The notes beneath the pieces were generated by a model. The model had not been told where the DNA came from and searched no databases. It saw nothing but the letters and a program-made list of their open reading frames with translations. From an uncultured Phycisphaerales bacterium (lineage in GTDB: Bacteria > Planctomycetota > Phycisphaerae > Tepidisphaerales > Tepidisphaeraceae): DNA of 64,000 bases. Every line of letters begins with the position of its first letter. The first letter of the stretch is position 1. The stretch lies in assembly GCA_963758525.1 (NCBI GenBank), contig CAVWVQ010000003.1:3072001-3136000 (forward strand), read 5' to 3'. Shown in pieces: positions 29,243-39,196 of this stretch. Made by a program: the position numbers and the translations under genes.

Positions 29243-30253
29243 ATGCGCGCTTCGATGCTGTCGTTTTTGATCATATGCGCCGCCGGATGCAACGGCACCA
29301 GCTTTCTCATTACGCCCGTTCCCACCACCTATAAGCTCGACGAAGTGCAGGCTGAGCCGGGAATTGGATTCTTCGGCGGAAAAGTGGCGATTATTGAAGT
29401 TGAGGGCCTGCTTTCTGACAGCAGGAGCAGCGGACTGCTCTCACTGTCGCAGGGCGAGAATACGCTGAGCCTTTTCAAGGAAGAGCTGGAGCACGCCCAG
29501 CGCGATTCGTCGGTGAAAGCGGTGGTATTGCGGGTGAATTCCCCGGGTGGAACGGTCACCAGCGCGGATGCGATGTACGATCTGGTCAATCGGTTTCGCA
29601 GAAAGACGGGCAAGCCGGTAGTGGCGTCCATTCAGGAAGTGGGCGCCAGCGGCGCCTACTACGTATCCTGCGCCGCCGATAAGATTGTCGCGCAGCCGAC
29701 GAGCGTGGTGGGGAGCATCGGCGTGATTTTCGAATCGCTGGAGTTTGAAGGAACGCTCGCGAAACTGGGAATCCAGCCGGTGACCGTGAAAAGCGGCACG
29801 CTGAAGGATATGGGTTCCCCGTTCAAAGCGGTCGAGCCTGTTGAACGCGAGGTGATGCAGTCGATGATCGAGGAGTATTTCGCCCGGTTCATCGGCGTGG
29901 TCCGCGGCAATCGCAAAATCGACGAAGCGCCGAATCCTGATTTGTCGACCTATCGAAAGGCTCCATATGCCGGCATTTTCAGCGGCCGTGTTTTCAGCGG
30001 CGCGCGCGGGGCCGAGATGGGGCTTGTCGATCAGACCGGCTTGCTGGAAGATGCGATCGATCTTGCCCGCACGATGGCGCACGCGCCGAATGCGTCCGTC
30101 ATACAATATAAGAGGCCGTACGGCTATTCTGGTTCGATCTATGCGAGCAGCGAGGTGAGACCGCCGGAGACGGGCGTCACGCGGCTGCAACTGCCGGGCG
30201 CGGACAGCGTGCTTCCCGGCGGTTTCTATTATCTGTGGCGCGCCGGACTGTGA
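29243..30253 (+). CDS. sppA: Signal peptide peptidase SppA (S49), lipoprotein
   Basis: Lipobox CAAGC; LRVNSPGG; GASGAYYV; VGSIGV; KSGTLKD. Confidence 0.92.
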   Translation: MRASMLSFLIICAAGCNGTSFLITPVPTTYKLDEVQAEPGIGFFGGKVAIIEVEGLLSDSRSSGLLSLSQGENTLSLFKEELEHAQRDSSVKAVVLRVNSPGGTVTSADAMYDLVNRFRRKTGKPVVASIQEVGASGAYYVSCAADKIVAQPTSVVGSIGVIFESLEFEGTLAKLGIQPVTVKSGTLKDMGSPFKAVEPVEREVMQSMIEEYFARFIGVVRGNRKIDEAPNPDLSTYRKAPYAGIFSGRVFSGARGAEMGLVDQTGLLEDAIDLARTMAHAPNASVIQYKRPYGYSGSIYASSEVRPPETGVTRLQLPGADSVLPGGFYYLWRAGL

Positions 30254-30272
30254 CGCCCGCCCGAAGGACTGC

Positions 30273-31286
30273 ATGATTTCGCTCACGTGCACCAATTGCC
30301 GCACGGTTCTGGAGATTGACGACGCCTTTGCCGGCGGCGTCTGTCGGTGCCAGCACTGCGGAACAATTCAGACGGTGCCGTCGCATCTCAAATCGAAGGC
30401 GCGCACGACGGCTTCCAATCAATCGCTGCCCGGCTCTAAAGCACTCTATCAGCACCGGACGGGGACCGACGCGGGCACTGGCCTGGAAGACCTTGCGGGC
30501 GCCGTAGCCAGCAGCGGACTTCATTCGAGCCGCCTGCGGTCGGGCACGGCGACAACCGCCGCGCCCAGGCGCGCCGGCGCCGCAAGCAAGAAGAAGAGCC
30601 CCCTGCTGCTGATCCTCATTGGAGCGGTTGTTCTCGCGACCGTCGCGGGCGGGATCATCATCTACGTCTTCATGCAGGGCTCCTCCAGCCAGCCCGCTCC
30701 CCAGCCGCAGGCGGTGAATCCGACTCCCGCCAACCCGGCTCCCGACACGCCGGCAACTCCATCGGGGCCGTCGTTCTGCGGCGTTCCGCTCATCGACACC
30801 AATGTCGTGTACATCCTCGATCGGGGGACTTCCATTGAGCAGTTCTTCGATCCGCTCAAGGCCGCCCTCTATCGCTCATTGGATCTGCTGGGCCCGACAG
30901 GGCAGTTCGCGGTGATCCTCAGCGACAATGGATCGTCGCCGGTCGTGTATCCGAAGACGGGCCTGGCCAACGCAACACCAGGCGAGGTTGAAAAGGCTCG
31001 CAGTGTTCTGGATGACGCGATCGCCAGCGGGGCCAGCAAACTCGCCCCGGCGATCAAAGAAGCCGTCGCCAGAAAACCCGCCGTCATCATCGTCGTCACC
31101 GCCAAGTTTATCCTTGATGAAGGTGACGCCGAATCGCTGATTCAAAATTCCCAGCGCGGCATCCGCATCCATACCTTCATCCTCGGCAGCAGCACCGCCA
31201 CCGACGCTCTCGAGCAGGCCGCCTCCAGAAGCGGGGGGATTTTTCGGCGGGTCAGTGAGAGCGATTTGCGGAGGTTTGGGTCTTAA
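30273..31286 (+). CDS. Zinc-ribbon + TM + vWA-like domain protein
   Basis: CTNC...CRCQHC; TM LLLILIGAVVLATVAGGIIIYVF; VVYILDRGTS degenerate MIDAS. Confidence 0.75.
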   Translation: MISLTCTNCRTVLEIDDAFAGGVCRCQHCGTIQTVPSHLKSKARTTASNQSLPGSKALYQHRTGTDAGTGLEDLAGAVASSGLHSSRLRSGTATTAAPRRAGAASKKKSPLLLILIGAVVLATVAGGIIIYVFMQGSSSQPAPQPQAVNPTPANPAPDTPATPSGPSFCGVPLIDTNVVYILDRGTSIEQFFDPLKAALYRSLDLLGPTGQFAVILSDNGSSPVVYPKTGLANATPGEVEKARSVLDDAIASGASKLAPAIKEAVARKPAVIIVVTAKFILDEGDAESLIQNSQRGIRIHTFILGSSTATDALEQAASRSGGIFRRVSESDLRRFGS

Positions 31287-31429
31287 TGCTGCTCCGGTAA
31301 CGTGAATGCCAACATTTTTCCGCACGGTATTTCCTGTGTTGGCCGATGATGATTAGGGAAGACGGTGGGCCATTTTATCGGACGTTGGCCTGCGCGATCT
31401 GCCAAGTCTTTTTGCCGAGAGAGAGATCC

Positions 31430-32080
31430 GTGCCTGCACCTCGTCGCTCAGCAGCATCCGCTTCATCCCGCGGGAAGACCGCGGTTTCCCCGCGCAGAAA
31501 ATTCGTCGTGTTCGCCAGCCTCGTCGCCGCGCTGACGCTTACCAGCGCACTGTTGCTGGCGCTGGCTCCCGAATCGCTCCGTCCCGACGCGGCGCGAAGC
31601 CTTTTTGCCAGCGGCTCGCCGCAGTCGTTTGATGTGGTCTTTGACACCAGCGCACCGATCCGCGACGGCCGATGGCGCTACATCTTTATCCACCAGAGCC
31701 GCTCCGTCTCTGGCGACGCGCTGACCGTCGGCCAATCGCCCGACGGCGCCCCGGATCATTTTGTCATTGGCAACGGGGATGGCTGCCAGGATGGGGAGAT
31801 TCAGATTACGCAGCGGTGGACGCAGCAGGACACGCCCGGTGATATTCCAGGTCTTCCCCGCACGCAGCCCAACTTTATCAGCGTTTGCCTCGTGGGGGAT
31901 TTTGATCTGGCTCCCCCGACCCCGGCGCAGCAGCGCAGACTGGTGCAACTGCTCAACTCCCTGCAGCGGCGGCTCGACATTCCCCGCACAAACGTCACTT
32001 GGTTTCCCCACGGAGCGGGGATCGCCGGTGTCGGACGCAATTTCCCAGCCGCCGATTTGCACGCGCAACTGCTTCCGTGA
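31430..32080 (+). CDS. Amidase_2/PGRP-like protein, probably catalytically inactive
   Basis: WRYIFIHQS, HFVIGNG, ISVCLVGDFD...PTPAQ, GRNFP; start GTG inferred. Confidence 0.75.
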   Translation: MPAPRRSAASASSRGKTAVSPRRKFVVFASLVAALTLTSALLLALAPESLRPDAARSLFASGSPQSFDVVFDTSAPIRDGRWRYIFIHQSRSVSGDALTVGQSPDGAPDHFVIGNGDGCQDGEIQITQRWTQQDTPGDIPGLPRTQPNFISVCLVGDFDLAPPTPAQQRRLVQLLNSLQRRLDIPRTNVTWFPHGAGIAGVGRNFPAADLHAQLLP

Positions 32081-32176
32081 GTCCCCTGGTTGTCAGGTGC
32101 CAAAGCGAAACGACGCACACCACCCCCGGCCGAGTCGCGTGGGCAACAGCATCAGCAGCCAACGGTACCTGTTGAC

Positions 32177-33133
32177 ATGCCCTTTCCAAATTCGCAGCGA
32201 CTGATGTGCGTCTTGTCGATCGCGATGGCGTGCGTCGCCGTTTGTCCCGCGCACGCACTGGCGGATTCACAAATCAATTCGACATCGAAGCCCGTTCGCA
32301 TCCTGGTCTGGGACGAGCGGCAGCCCAAGCAACAACCGACCTACGAGCATTTTCTTGGAAATGCCATCGCAGATGCGCTCAAGACCAGCGCAGGCCTGGA
32401 ACTTCGCTCAGTCGCCCTGGACGATCCTGATCAGGGCATTACCGACGATCTGCTGGACCACACTGACGTGATCATCTGGTGGGGACACGTCCGCAACCGC
32501 GATGTGAAGCCAGATGTCGGGAAGCGGATCGTCGATCGCATCGTGGCTGGAAAGCTTTCTCTGATCGCGCTGCATTCGGCGCATTGGTCGCAGCCGTTTG
32601 TGCAGGCGATGTGGGAGCGGACCCGCGAAGACGTCATGGCCGCCATTCCCGAGAAGGACCGCGCCGCCGCGAAAATCGAGTATCGCTATCCCATTCTCTA
32701 CATCCCCCCGCGCCGCAATGCTCCGATCACGCCCTATGTCTCGCACGAGGCAATCCCGGGCGGTGGAGATTCCATTGTCGTACACATGCCCAACTGCTGC
32801 TTTCCCGCGTACCGGGCGGACGGCAAGCCGAGCCATGTAACGACGCTGCGTCCCGATCACCCAATCGCTGCGGGCATACCAAAGGAGTTTGAGATTCCGC
32901 AGACGGAGATGTACGACGAACCCTTCCACGTTCCCGCTCCGGACGAGGTCATCTTCGAGGAAAAATGGGACGCCGGCGAGCATTTCCGCAGCGGGTCGCT
33001 CTGGAAAGTCGGCAAAGGGATGGTCTTCTACTTCCGTCCCGGGCATGAAATCTACCCCGTCTATAAACAGGAGATACCGCTCAAGATCCTGGAAAACGCC
33101 GCGCGCTATCTCGCATCGCAACTGCCGGGTTAG
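32177..33133 (+). CDS. ThuA-like (class I glutamine amidotransferase fold) protein
   Basis: ILVWDE, DVIIWWGH, LHSAHWS, EMYDEPF, GEHFRSG, YFRPGHE. Confidence 0.88.
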   Translation: MPFPNSQRLMCVLSIAMACVAVCPAHALADSQINSTSKPVRILVWDERQPKQQPTYEHFLGNAIADALKTSAGLELRSVALDDPDQGITDDLLDHTDVIIWWGHVRNRDVKPDVGKRIVDRIVAGKLSLIALHSAHWSQPFVQAMWERTREDVMAAIPEKDRAAAKIEYRYPILYIPPRRNAPITPYVSHEAIPGGGDSIVVHMPNCCFPAYRADGKPSHVTTLRPDHPIAAGIPKEFEIPQTEMYDEPFHVPAPDEVIFEEKWDAGEHFRSGSLWKVGKGMVFYFRPGHEIYPVYKQEIPLKILENAARYLASQLPG

Positions 33134-33295
33134 GTGTCAAGGCGTAAAGCTTGATCTTCACGAACCGACCATCTACCCTGCTGTCGGCGGTTCTCCGGCG
33201 ATTTTGACGGGGAACCGCGGGGGTATGCAATCCGTGAACAGCGCGGCCTTCCGAGGCTCCCCGCGCGGTTCGCTGGAGTGCGGCTTCTACGATGA

Positions 33296-34651
33296 ATGAA
33301 GAGTAAAGCGGAACTGGGAGATGAAGATTCCCTCGGATCGGGTCACCACGGAATGGCCGAGAAACTGCTGAATTATGAAGTCATTCGCAAGTTAGGCGAA
33401 GGGGCGGCGAGCGTCATTTATGCCGTTCGCGATCCCGCCACAGGCAGGAAATTCGCCCTCAAGCATGTCGAGCGCAAGAAGCCCAAGGATATCCGTTTCG
33501 TCCAGCAGGTGCAGGCGGAGCACGAGATCAGCAGTCAGTTCACCCATCGGAACCTGCGCAGGTCGTACGACCTGAAGATCAGCAAGTCATTGCTGATGAA
33601 GGTCACCGATGCTTTTCTGGTGATGGAACTGGTGGAAGGCAAGCCGCTGGATGCCCGCCCCCCGGCGACGGTGCTCGACACGATCGTCACCTTCATGCAC
33701 GTCGCGATGGGACTGCGGGCAATGCATCAGCTCGGGTACGTTCATTGCGACATCAAGCCGAACAACATCCTCCGCGATGACGCTGGAAGCGTGCGGGTGA
33801 TCGATTTTGGTCAGAGCTGCCGGATCGGCACCACCAAGGAACGCATCCAGGGAACACCAGATTACATTGCTCCCGAGCAGGTCAATCGTGAGCCGGTGAC
33901 GCCCCAGACCGACGTCTACAACCTGGGCGCAACCCTCTACTGGGCGTTGACCGGCACCAACTCTCCGACGCTCTACACAGTCAACCGCAAGGGCGAAAAC
34001 AGCTTCCTGCTCGATGCGACAATCCAAACTCCCTCCGATTTCAACCCGATCGTGACTCCCGCGCTGTCGAAGCTGGTGATGGACTGCATCTCCACCAGGC
34101 GCGAAAAAAGGCCCGCGGATATGGACGCGGTACTCAACCGGCTCGAGCTCTCCCGCCATGGAATGCAGAAGCGCCAAGTGGATGTGCCGGATCCGATGGA
34201 TTCGAGCATCATGAATGCGCCCGCGCCGGCCGCCGACAAGTCGCCGAGTCGAACTCCAGAAAAGGCGCCCGCGGTCGTTGAAAAGCCACCGGCGCCGGTC
34301 GCGGAACCAGCCCCGGCATCCGTCACAGAGAAGGCCCCCGATTCCGTCGCGGAAAAAGTGCAGGCGCCCCTCGCGGAGAAACCGCCGGCGCCGATCGCGG
34401 AGAGGGCGCCAGCGCCTGTCGCGGAGAAAAGTCTGCCCATCCCGGAAAAATCGCCGGCGCCGGTTGTGGAGAGGGTGCCCGTGCCTGTGCCCGACAAGAG
34501 CCCGCCGCCCGTCGCGGAAAAACCGCCGGCGCCGGTCGCCGCGAAAGCCGCAACACCGCCCGGCGAGAAAGCGCCAATTCAAGTCGCGGAAAAGGCTCCG
34601 CCAGCGGCTGACGACCTTCCCCTCAAGCCCATCCCACCGGAAGCTAAATGA
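33296..34651 (+). CDS. Hanks-type Ser/Thr protein kinase with Pro/Ala/Glu/Lys repeat tail
   Basis: LGEGAAS, ALK, HCDIKPNN, DFG, GTPDYIAPE, DVYNLG; about 16 AEKxPAPV-like units (~34230-34610). Confidence 0.93.
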   Translation: MKSKAELGDEDSLGSGHHGMAEKLLNYEVIRKLGEGAASVIYAVRDPATGRKFALKHVERKKPKDIRFVQQVQAEHEISSQFTHRNLRRSYDLKISKSLLMKVTDAFLVMELVEGKPLDARPPATVLDTIVTFMHVAMGLRAMHQLGYVHCDIKPNNILRDDAGSVRVIDFGQSCRIGTTKERIQGTPDYIAPEQVNREPVTPQTDVYNLGATLYWALTGTNSPTLYTVNRKGENSFLLDATIQTPSDFNPIVTPALSKLVMDCISTRREKRPADMDAVLNRLELSRHGMQKRQVDVPDPMDSSIMNAPAPAADKSPSRTPEKAPAVVEKPPAPVAEPAPASVTEKAPDSVAEKVQAPLAEKPPAPIAERAPAPVAEKSLPIPEKSPAPVVERVPVPVPDKSPPPVAEKPPAPVAAKAATPPGEKAPIQVAEKAPPAADDLPLKPIPPEAK

Positions 34652-34868
34652 ACGTGCCATAGATCGACCGAGCATGTCGAGCTTTGAATACCGTCGAAGA
34701 TCTTGATGAAGCCAGTGCTCGGATCCCGCTGGTGTCCAGTTGGAAAAGATCTGCTCATCCCTGGTTTGCGAATTGCGAATACGCCGGTCACTCAATACTC
34801 ATCGTGACTTTGCAATATCGTAATGGACTCTCGGGAGAGACCTCAAACTCAGAGCGGTGGATGACCAA

Positions 34869-36248
34869 ATGAAAAGAGCACTCGTAGCAGCGGTGGTGGC
34901 AATCGGAACGACCATCGTGCTGTCCGGCGCGCCCGCGTTCGCAATCGAGCCCGACCGGATCGTTGTAATGATCAGCGTAGACGGCTTGGCCGGGTACTAC
35001 CTGGACGATCCCAAGGCGGAAATGCCCGCCATTCGGGCGCTGGTGGCGGCGGGGCGCGGGCCGAATCGATGAAAGCCTCGACGCCGACCGTCACTTGGCC
35101 GAATCACACGACGCTCGTCACCGGCGACACGCCGGCCCGGCACGGGGTGGTCGGGAATAATTATTTTGACCGTGCCACTACCAAGCCAGTCGCGCTGATC
35201 TCCGATCCCCTCTTCGACAAAGACCAGATCGTCAAGGTGCCGACCATTTATGATCTGGCGAAAGACGCCGGCTTGCGGACGGCGTCAATCCGCTGGCCGG
35301 CCACGCGCAACGCCCACAAGCTGGATTGGACCTTTCCCGACGTTGCCTCCAACGATCTGTTGCACCAGTACACCACCCCCGCGCTGCTGGCCGAATGCGA
35401 AAGGGCCGGAATCTGGTCCGATGGCGTGGCTCAGCAAGCCGCATCGAGCGAGGTGCGGATTGTCACGGATGACATGTGCACCGGCGTGTTCGATTTCGTC
35501 CTCCGCAACCACCGTCCGAACCTGGCGCTGCTGCATCTGATCAACGTCGATCACACCGAGCATGTAGCTGGGCCGCGTTCTCCAGAAGCATACGCCGCGA
35601 TCAAGGCCGCCGATCGGCAGGTGCGCGAGGTGTGGAACGAACTGCAGAGCGATTTCCCCGGCAAGGCAACGCTGCTGGTCGTTTCCGACCACGGCTTCTC
35701 GCCGATCGAGCACGTGCTGATGCCAAACGTCGTGCTGAAACAGGCCGGGCTGATCGAAGTGAAAGGCGCCCGCGTCGTCGGCGGCCCCGTCCGCGTCGTC
35801 ACTCAGGGCGGAGCGGCCCTCGTATATGTGCTGGACAAAGCCAACCGCGTCTCACTCGTCGAGCAGATCACCAAAGCGTTCACGGGATTGCCGGGCGTCG
35901 AGAAGGTGGTCGCCGCAGGCGATTTCAAGAGCTACGGGGTCGCGAACCCAGACGATGATCCGCATGCGCCGGATGTGATTCTGTTTGCCAACGAAGGATG
36001 GACTCTGGGGGACACTTCCGCCGGCGTCCTGCCGGTTTTTGAGAAGCCCGAGCGCAAGGGAACGCACGGGCACGATCCCGATCTTCCCGACCTGCACGCG
36101 ACATTTGTCGCCTGGGGAGTCGGCATCAAGCCCGATGCCCGGCTCGGCGAGATTCAGAACATCGATGTGGCGCCGACGCTCGCCAAACTGCTCGGCATTC
36201 CGATGCCCAACGTCGATGGCAAGCCGCTTGCCGGCGCTGGCGGATTGA
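34869..36248 (+). CDS. Nucleotide pyrophosphatase/phosphodiesterase (alkaline phosphatase superfamily); frameshifts ~35055 and ~36235
   Basis: ISVDGL, PTVTWPNHTTLVTG, VDHTEH, VSDHGF, GTHGHDP. Confidence 0.88.
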
Positions 36249-36333
36249 GCTTCGCAGCACCAGGCGACTTCGATAGGGACAGAGGCGACGCTACGAGAAC
36301 ATGCGCTGTCTCTCTCCCAGGTCCCGCGCGAAT

Positions 36334-36456
36334 CCGTGAAAAGGAAACACGAATCTGCACGAATTGCCTGCGAATCCACACGAATAAACGCGAAGACAAT
36401 TTACTTCGTGAAGATTCGTGGGCAACTCGTGTCGATCCGTGTTCCGGATTTCACGG
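36334..36456. repeat. Hairpin of CACGAAT-type tandem units between convergent genes
   Basis: ccgtgaaaaggaaacacgaatctgcacgaattgcctgcgaatccacacgaa versus reverse complement ccgtgaaatccggaacacggatcgacacgagttgcccacgaatcttcacgaa. Confidence 0.75.
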
Positions 36457-36491
36457 TCACTGCGGACCCGGCCGGGATCGCGCACATCCAT

Positions 36492-37289
36492 TCAGCGTTT
36501 GGATCTTGCGTGCGATTTCGCATGAGGCTTGGCGTGAGCAGCGCCGTCGCCGGCTTCGCGCTCGCCGGTGGATTCGTCCTTGAATTCCTTGAATGCGGGG
36601 GCATCGACCCGCTCCCAGTCGCCGCCGGAGTTCCATGGCGCTTCGGTATCCATTTCGCCGCCGTCTCCCTGGCCCGTAGAGTCATTGAAGAACTGATTGA
36701 CCAGGCCCGGCGTGGGAGGGATCGTCCCGATGGAGAAGGCCGGCTTGCCCATGGATTCCAGGGCGATGGTAAATGCCTTCATATGGGTAATCTCGCGGGT
36801 CATCAGAAACTGCAAGGCTTCCTTGGTGCCCGGATCGTCGCAGAAGTTCATCAGCCGTTCGTAGACAATTTTTGCCCTGGCTTCAGCGGCGATGTTGCTG
36901 CGCAGATCGACATCCAGCTCGCCAGTGATCTTCAGGTAGTCCGCCGTCCAACTGTTTCCCTCCGAGTTGCAGAGACTCACCCCGCCGCCGCCGCAGATGG
37001 AAATCAGCGGGTCATGCTCGGCGGCGTTTCGGTCCGTCTTGGACGGCTTTAAGTGCATCCGCGCGAGAGTTCCGATTACTTCCAGATGGCTCAGTTCCTC
37101 GGTCCCGATATCCATCAGAAGGTCCTTGCGTTCTGGATCATCGCAATTCAGTCCCTGGATTGAGTATTGCATTGCCGCCGCAAGCTCCCCGTTCGCCCCG
37201 CCGAACTGTTCAAGAAGCATATTTCCAAAGCGCGGGTCCGGCGTGCCCACGTTGACCGTATACATAAGCTTCTTAATGTGATGATACAT
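36492..37289 (-). CDS. Manganese catalase
   Basis: LLEQFGGANGELAAAMQY, DIGTEELSHLE, SNIAAEARAK, TREITH. Confidence 0.95.
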   Translation of the reverse strand: MYHHIKKLMYTVNVGTPDPRFGNMLLEQFGGANGELAAAMQYSIQGLNCDDPERKDLLMDIGTEELSHLEVIGTLARMHLKPSKTDRNAAEHDPLISICGGGGVSLCNSEGNSWTADYLKITGELDVDLRSNIAAEARAKIVYERLMNFCDDPGTKEALQFLMTREITHMKAFTIALESMGKPAFSIGTIPPTPGLVNQFFNDSTGQGDGGEMDTEAPWNSGGDWERVDAPAFKEFKDESTGEREAGDGAAHAKPHAKSHARSKR

Positions 37290-37656
37290 TTGACTCCTCC
37301 AAGTTCTGGTGCTGCCGAGTTGAAAAAGTACGCCATTCGCAGGATGGGCTCACGCCGCCTGCAACGATCGCCGGACCTTAATCGCTCCACGCCTCCGGGA
37401 GATACTCCAGAATTTCCTTAGACGAATTATTGCATACAGCTGAGATCGTCATCCGGGGGCTCATCGGCCCGCCACTTTCCCGGCGGCGCGGCGCTCGGCT
37501 GTGTTGCGGCCGGTGGTGTTGCGGCGGAAGGGATCGCGGCCGCCGGCGATGATGGCGCCATTTGTTGAAAATGATGCGGAAAATCCCAGACATGCCAAGG
37601 CGAGTACAAGCGACAGACGCTTGAGGGGGTTGGACGACCGTCCCGCGCCCTACCTA

Positions 37657-37696
37657 CCCCCTCTCCCGGTATTCCGGGAGAGGGTTGGGGTGAGGG
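37657..37696. repeat. CCCTCACCCCAACCCTCTCCC-type palindromic repeat
   Basis: ccccctctcccggtattccgggagagggttggggtgaggg; relatives at 57325-57364 and 51812-51850. Confidence 0.8.
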
Positions 37697-37705
37697 TGAT
37701 TTCGA

Positions 37706-37815
37706 ACGTAGAGCGTGGAGATGATGGCGTGATGATGGTCGTGCTGCAGATCGGTCAGCACCGCCTGAACCTGCGGACGATGATGGTCATACACGAGCGT
37801 GTCGGTCCCCGCGAT
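37706..37815 (-). pseudogene. nikR: Internal fragment of nickel-responsive regulator NikR
   Basis: IAGTDTLVYDHHRPQVQAVLTDLQHDHHHAIISTLYV matches the NikR metal-binding-domain pattern GxxTLVYDHH...LTxxQHxxHxxIISTLH. Confidence 0.75.
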
Positions 37816-37852
37816 TCTTGTAACACTGGCGCCTGATCGCAACAATGAAAAA

Positions 37853-38941
37853 ATGCGAGCATCGGGAGATACAGCAAACTATCGCAGACTTATTTTGGTC
37901 GCTCTCCTGCTGCTGGGAATCAACCTCGTCATCTGGGGCGCAGCGCTGCTGGTTTTTCACCACTATCCGCTGCTGCTCGGATTCGCCGCCGAGGCCTTTA
38001 CCCTCGGCCTGGCGCACGCGCTCGACGCCGACCACATCTCGGCGATCGACAACGTCACGCGAAAGCTCATGCAGGAGGGGAAGCGGCCGATGCTGGTCGG
38101 CTTCTTCTTTTCCGTCGGGCATTCGACCATCGTCATTCTTCTGTCCGTTGCCATCGCGCTGTCGGCCGCCCGGATTCAGTCACGCTTCCAGGGGCTGGAG
38201 CGGCTCGGCAACGTGTTGGGAACCGCCATCTCCGCGCTGTTCCTCTTTGGCATCGCATCGATCAACCTTCTGGTGCTGCGGGGCGTCGTGCACTCCTTCC
38301 GGCTCGTCAAGCGCGGCGAGCCGTACGTCGATCAGGATCTCGATGGAATGCTCTCCCGGATGGGCGCCATCGGACGCATGGTCCGCCCAATGATCCGACT
38401 GGTGGACAGCAGTTGGAAGATGTATTTCGTCGGGTTTTTATTCGGGCTGGGATTCGACACCGCCACGCAGGTGGGATTGCTCGGTATTGCCGCCGCCGCG
38501 GGCACGCAGGGAGTGCCGATCTGGTCGATTCTGCTCTTCCCGCTGCTTTTCACGGCGGGCATGTGTGTCGTCGATACCGCCGACGGCATCCTGATGCTGG
38601 GAGCTTACGGCTGGGCGTTCGTTCACCCGGTGCGAAAGCTTTATTACAACATGACGATCACCGCCGTGTCGGTGTTAATCGCTGTCGTGGTGGGAGGCAT
38701 CGAAGTGCTGTCCTTGGTGAGCGACCGATTGGGTCTTCACGGATCGTTCTGGGATCGCATCAATGGCCTGGATTTTTTCTGGGTAGGCGTGCTGATCATC
38801 GCCATTTTCGTTTTCAGTTGGATTGGATCCATCGTTGCCTATCGTTTATTGGGATACAGCGAGCTTGAAGGAGCGGTGGCAGAAGGCCTTGCGCCCGGGA
38901 ACGCGCGCACGTCCTCCGGTCCGGGCATGCCCGGAATTTAG
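37853..38941 (+). CDS. HoxN/HupN/NixA (NiCoT) nickel/cobalt permease
   Basis: HALDADHISAIDN, FFSVGHS, GFLFGLGFDTAT, KLYYNMTIT. Confidence 0.95.
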   Translation: MRASGDTANYRRLILVALLLLGINLVIWGAALLVFHHYPLLLGFAAEAFTLGLAHALDADHISAIDNVTRKLMQEGKRPMLVGFFFSVGHSTIVILLSVAIALSAARIQSRFQGLERLGNVLGTAISALFLFGIASINLLVLRGVVHSFRLVKRGEPYVDQDLDGMLSRMGAIGRMVRPMIRLVDSSWKMYFVGFLFGLGFDTATQVGLLGIAAAAGTQGVPIWSILLFPLLFTAGMCVVDTADGILMLGAYGWAFVHPVRKLYYNMTITAVSVLIAVVVGGIEVLSLVSDRLGLHGSFWDRINGLDFFWVGVLIIAIFVFSWIGSIVAYRLLGYSELEGAVAEGLAPGNARTSSGPGMPGI

Positions 38942-39115
38942 GGAAGCAGTATTTCCCTCCCCTCCCCGGCAGAATCCGGGGCGGCGCGAGTACGCTCTGC
39001 CCCGCGCGCGCGGGCATACACATCAACCCACCAATCACGCCGGGACAAAGCGTACTCGCGCCGTCCCGGATTCTGCTAGGGGAGGGGAAAGCGCTTCCTC
39101 CCTAAATTCCGGGCA
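38928..39115. repeat. 188-bp MITE/REPIN-like hairpin overlapping the NiCoT stop codon
   Basis: tgcccggaatttaggga...gcagaatccggggcggcgcgagtacgct versus agcgtactcgcgccgtcccggattctgc...tccctaaattccgggca. Confidence 0.85.
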
Positions 39116-39196
39116 CACCTCCGGTCGTCGGAACGCTTTGGATCATTGACGCCGGCAGTCACCGGAGATATCAAAGCAGTGGGGTGGGATAAGACC

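Noticed and set aside
35069..36583. 504-aa NPP with long C-terminal extension as given by the ORF track
   Set aside because: The extension runs through a repeat hairpin and overlaps the catalase; a frameshift near 36235 gives a natural end at 36248.
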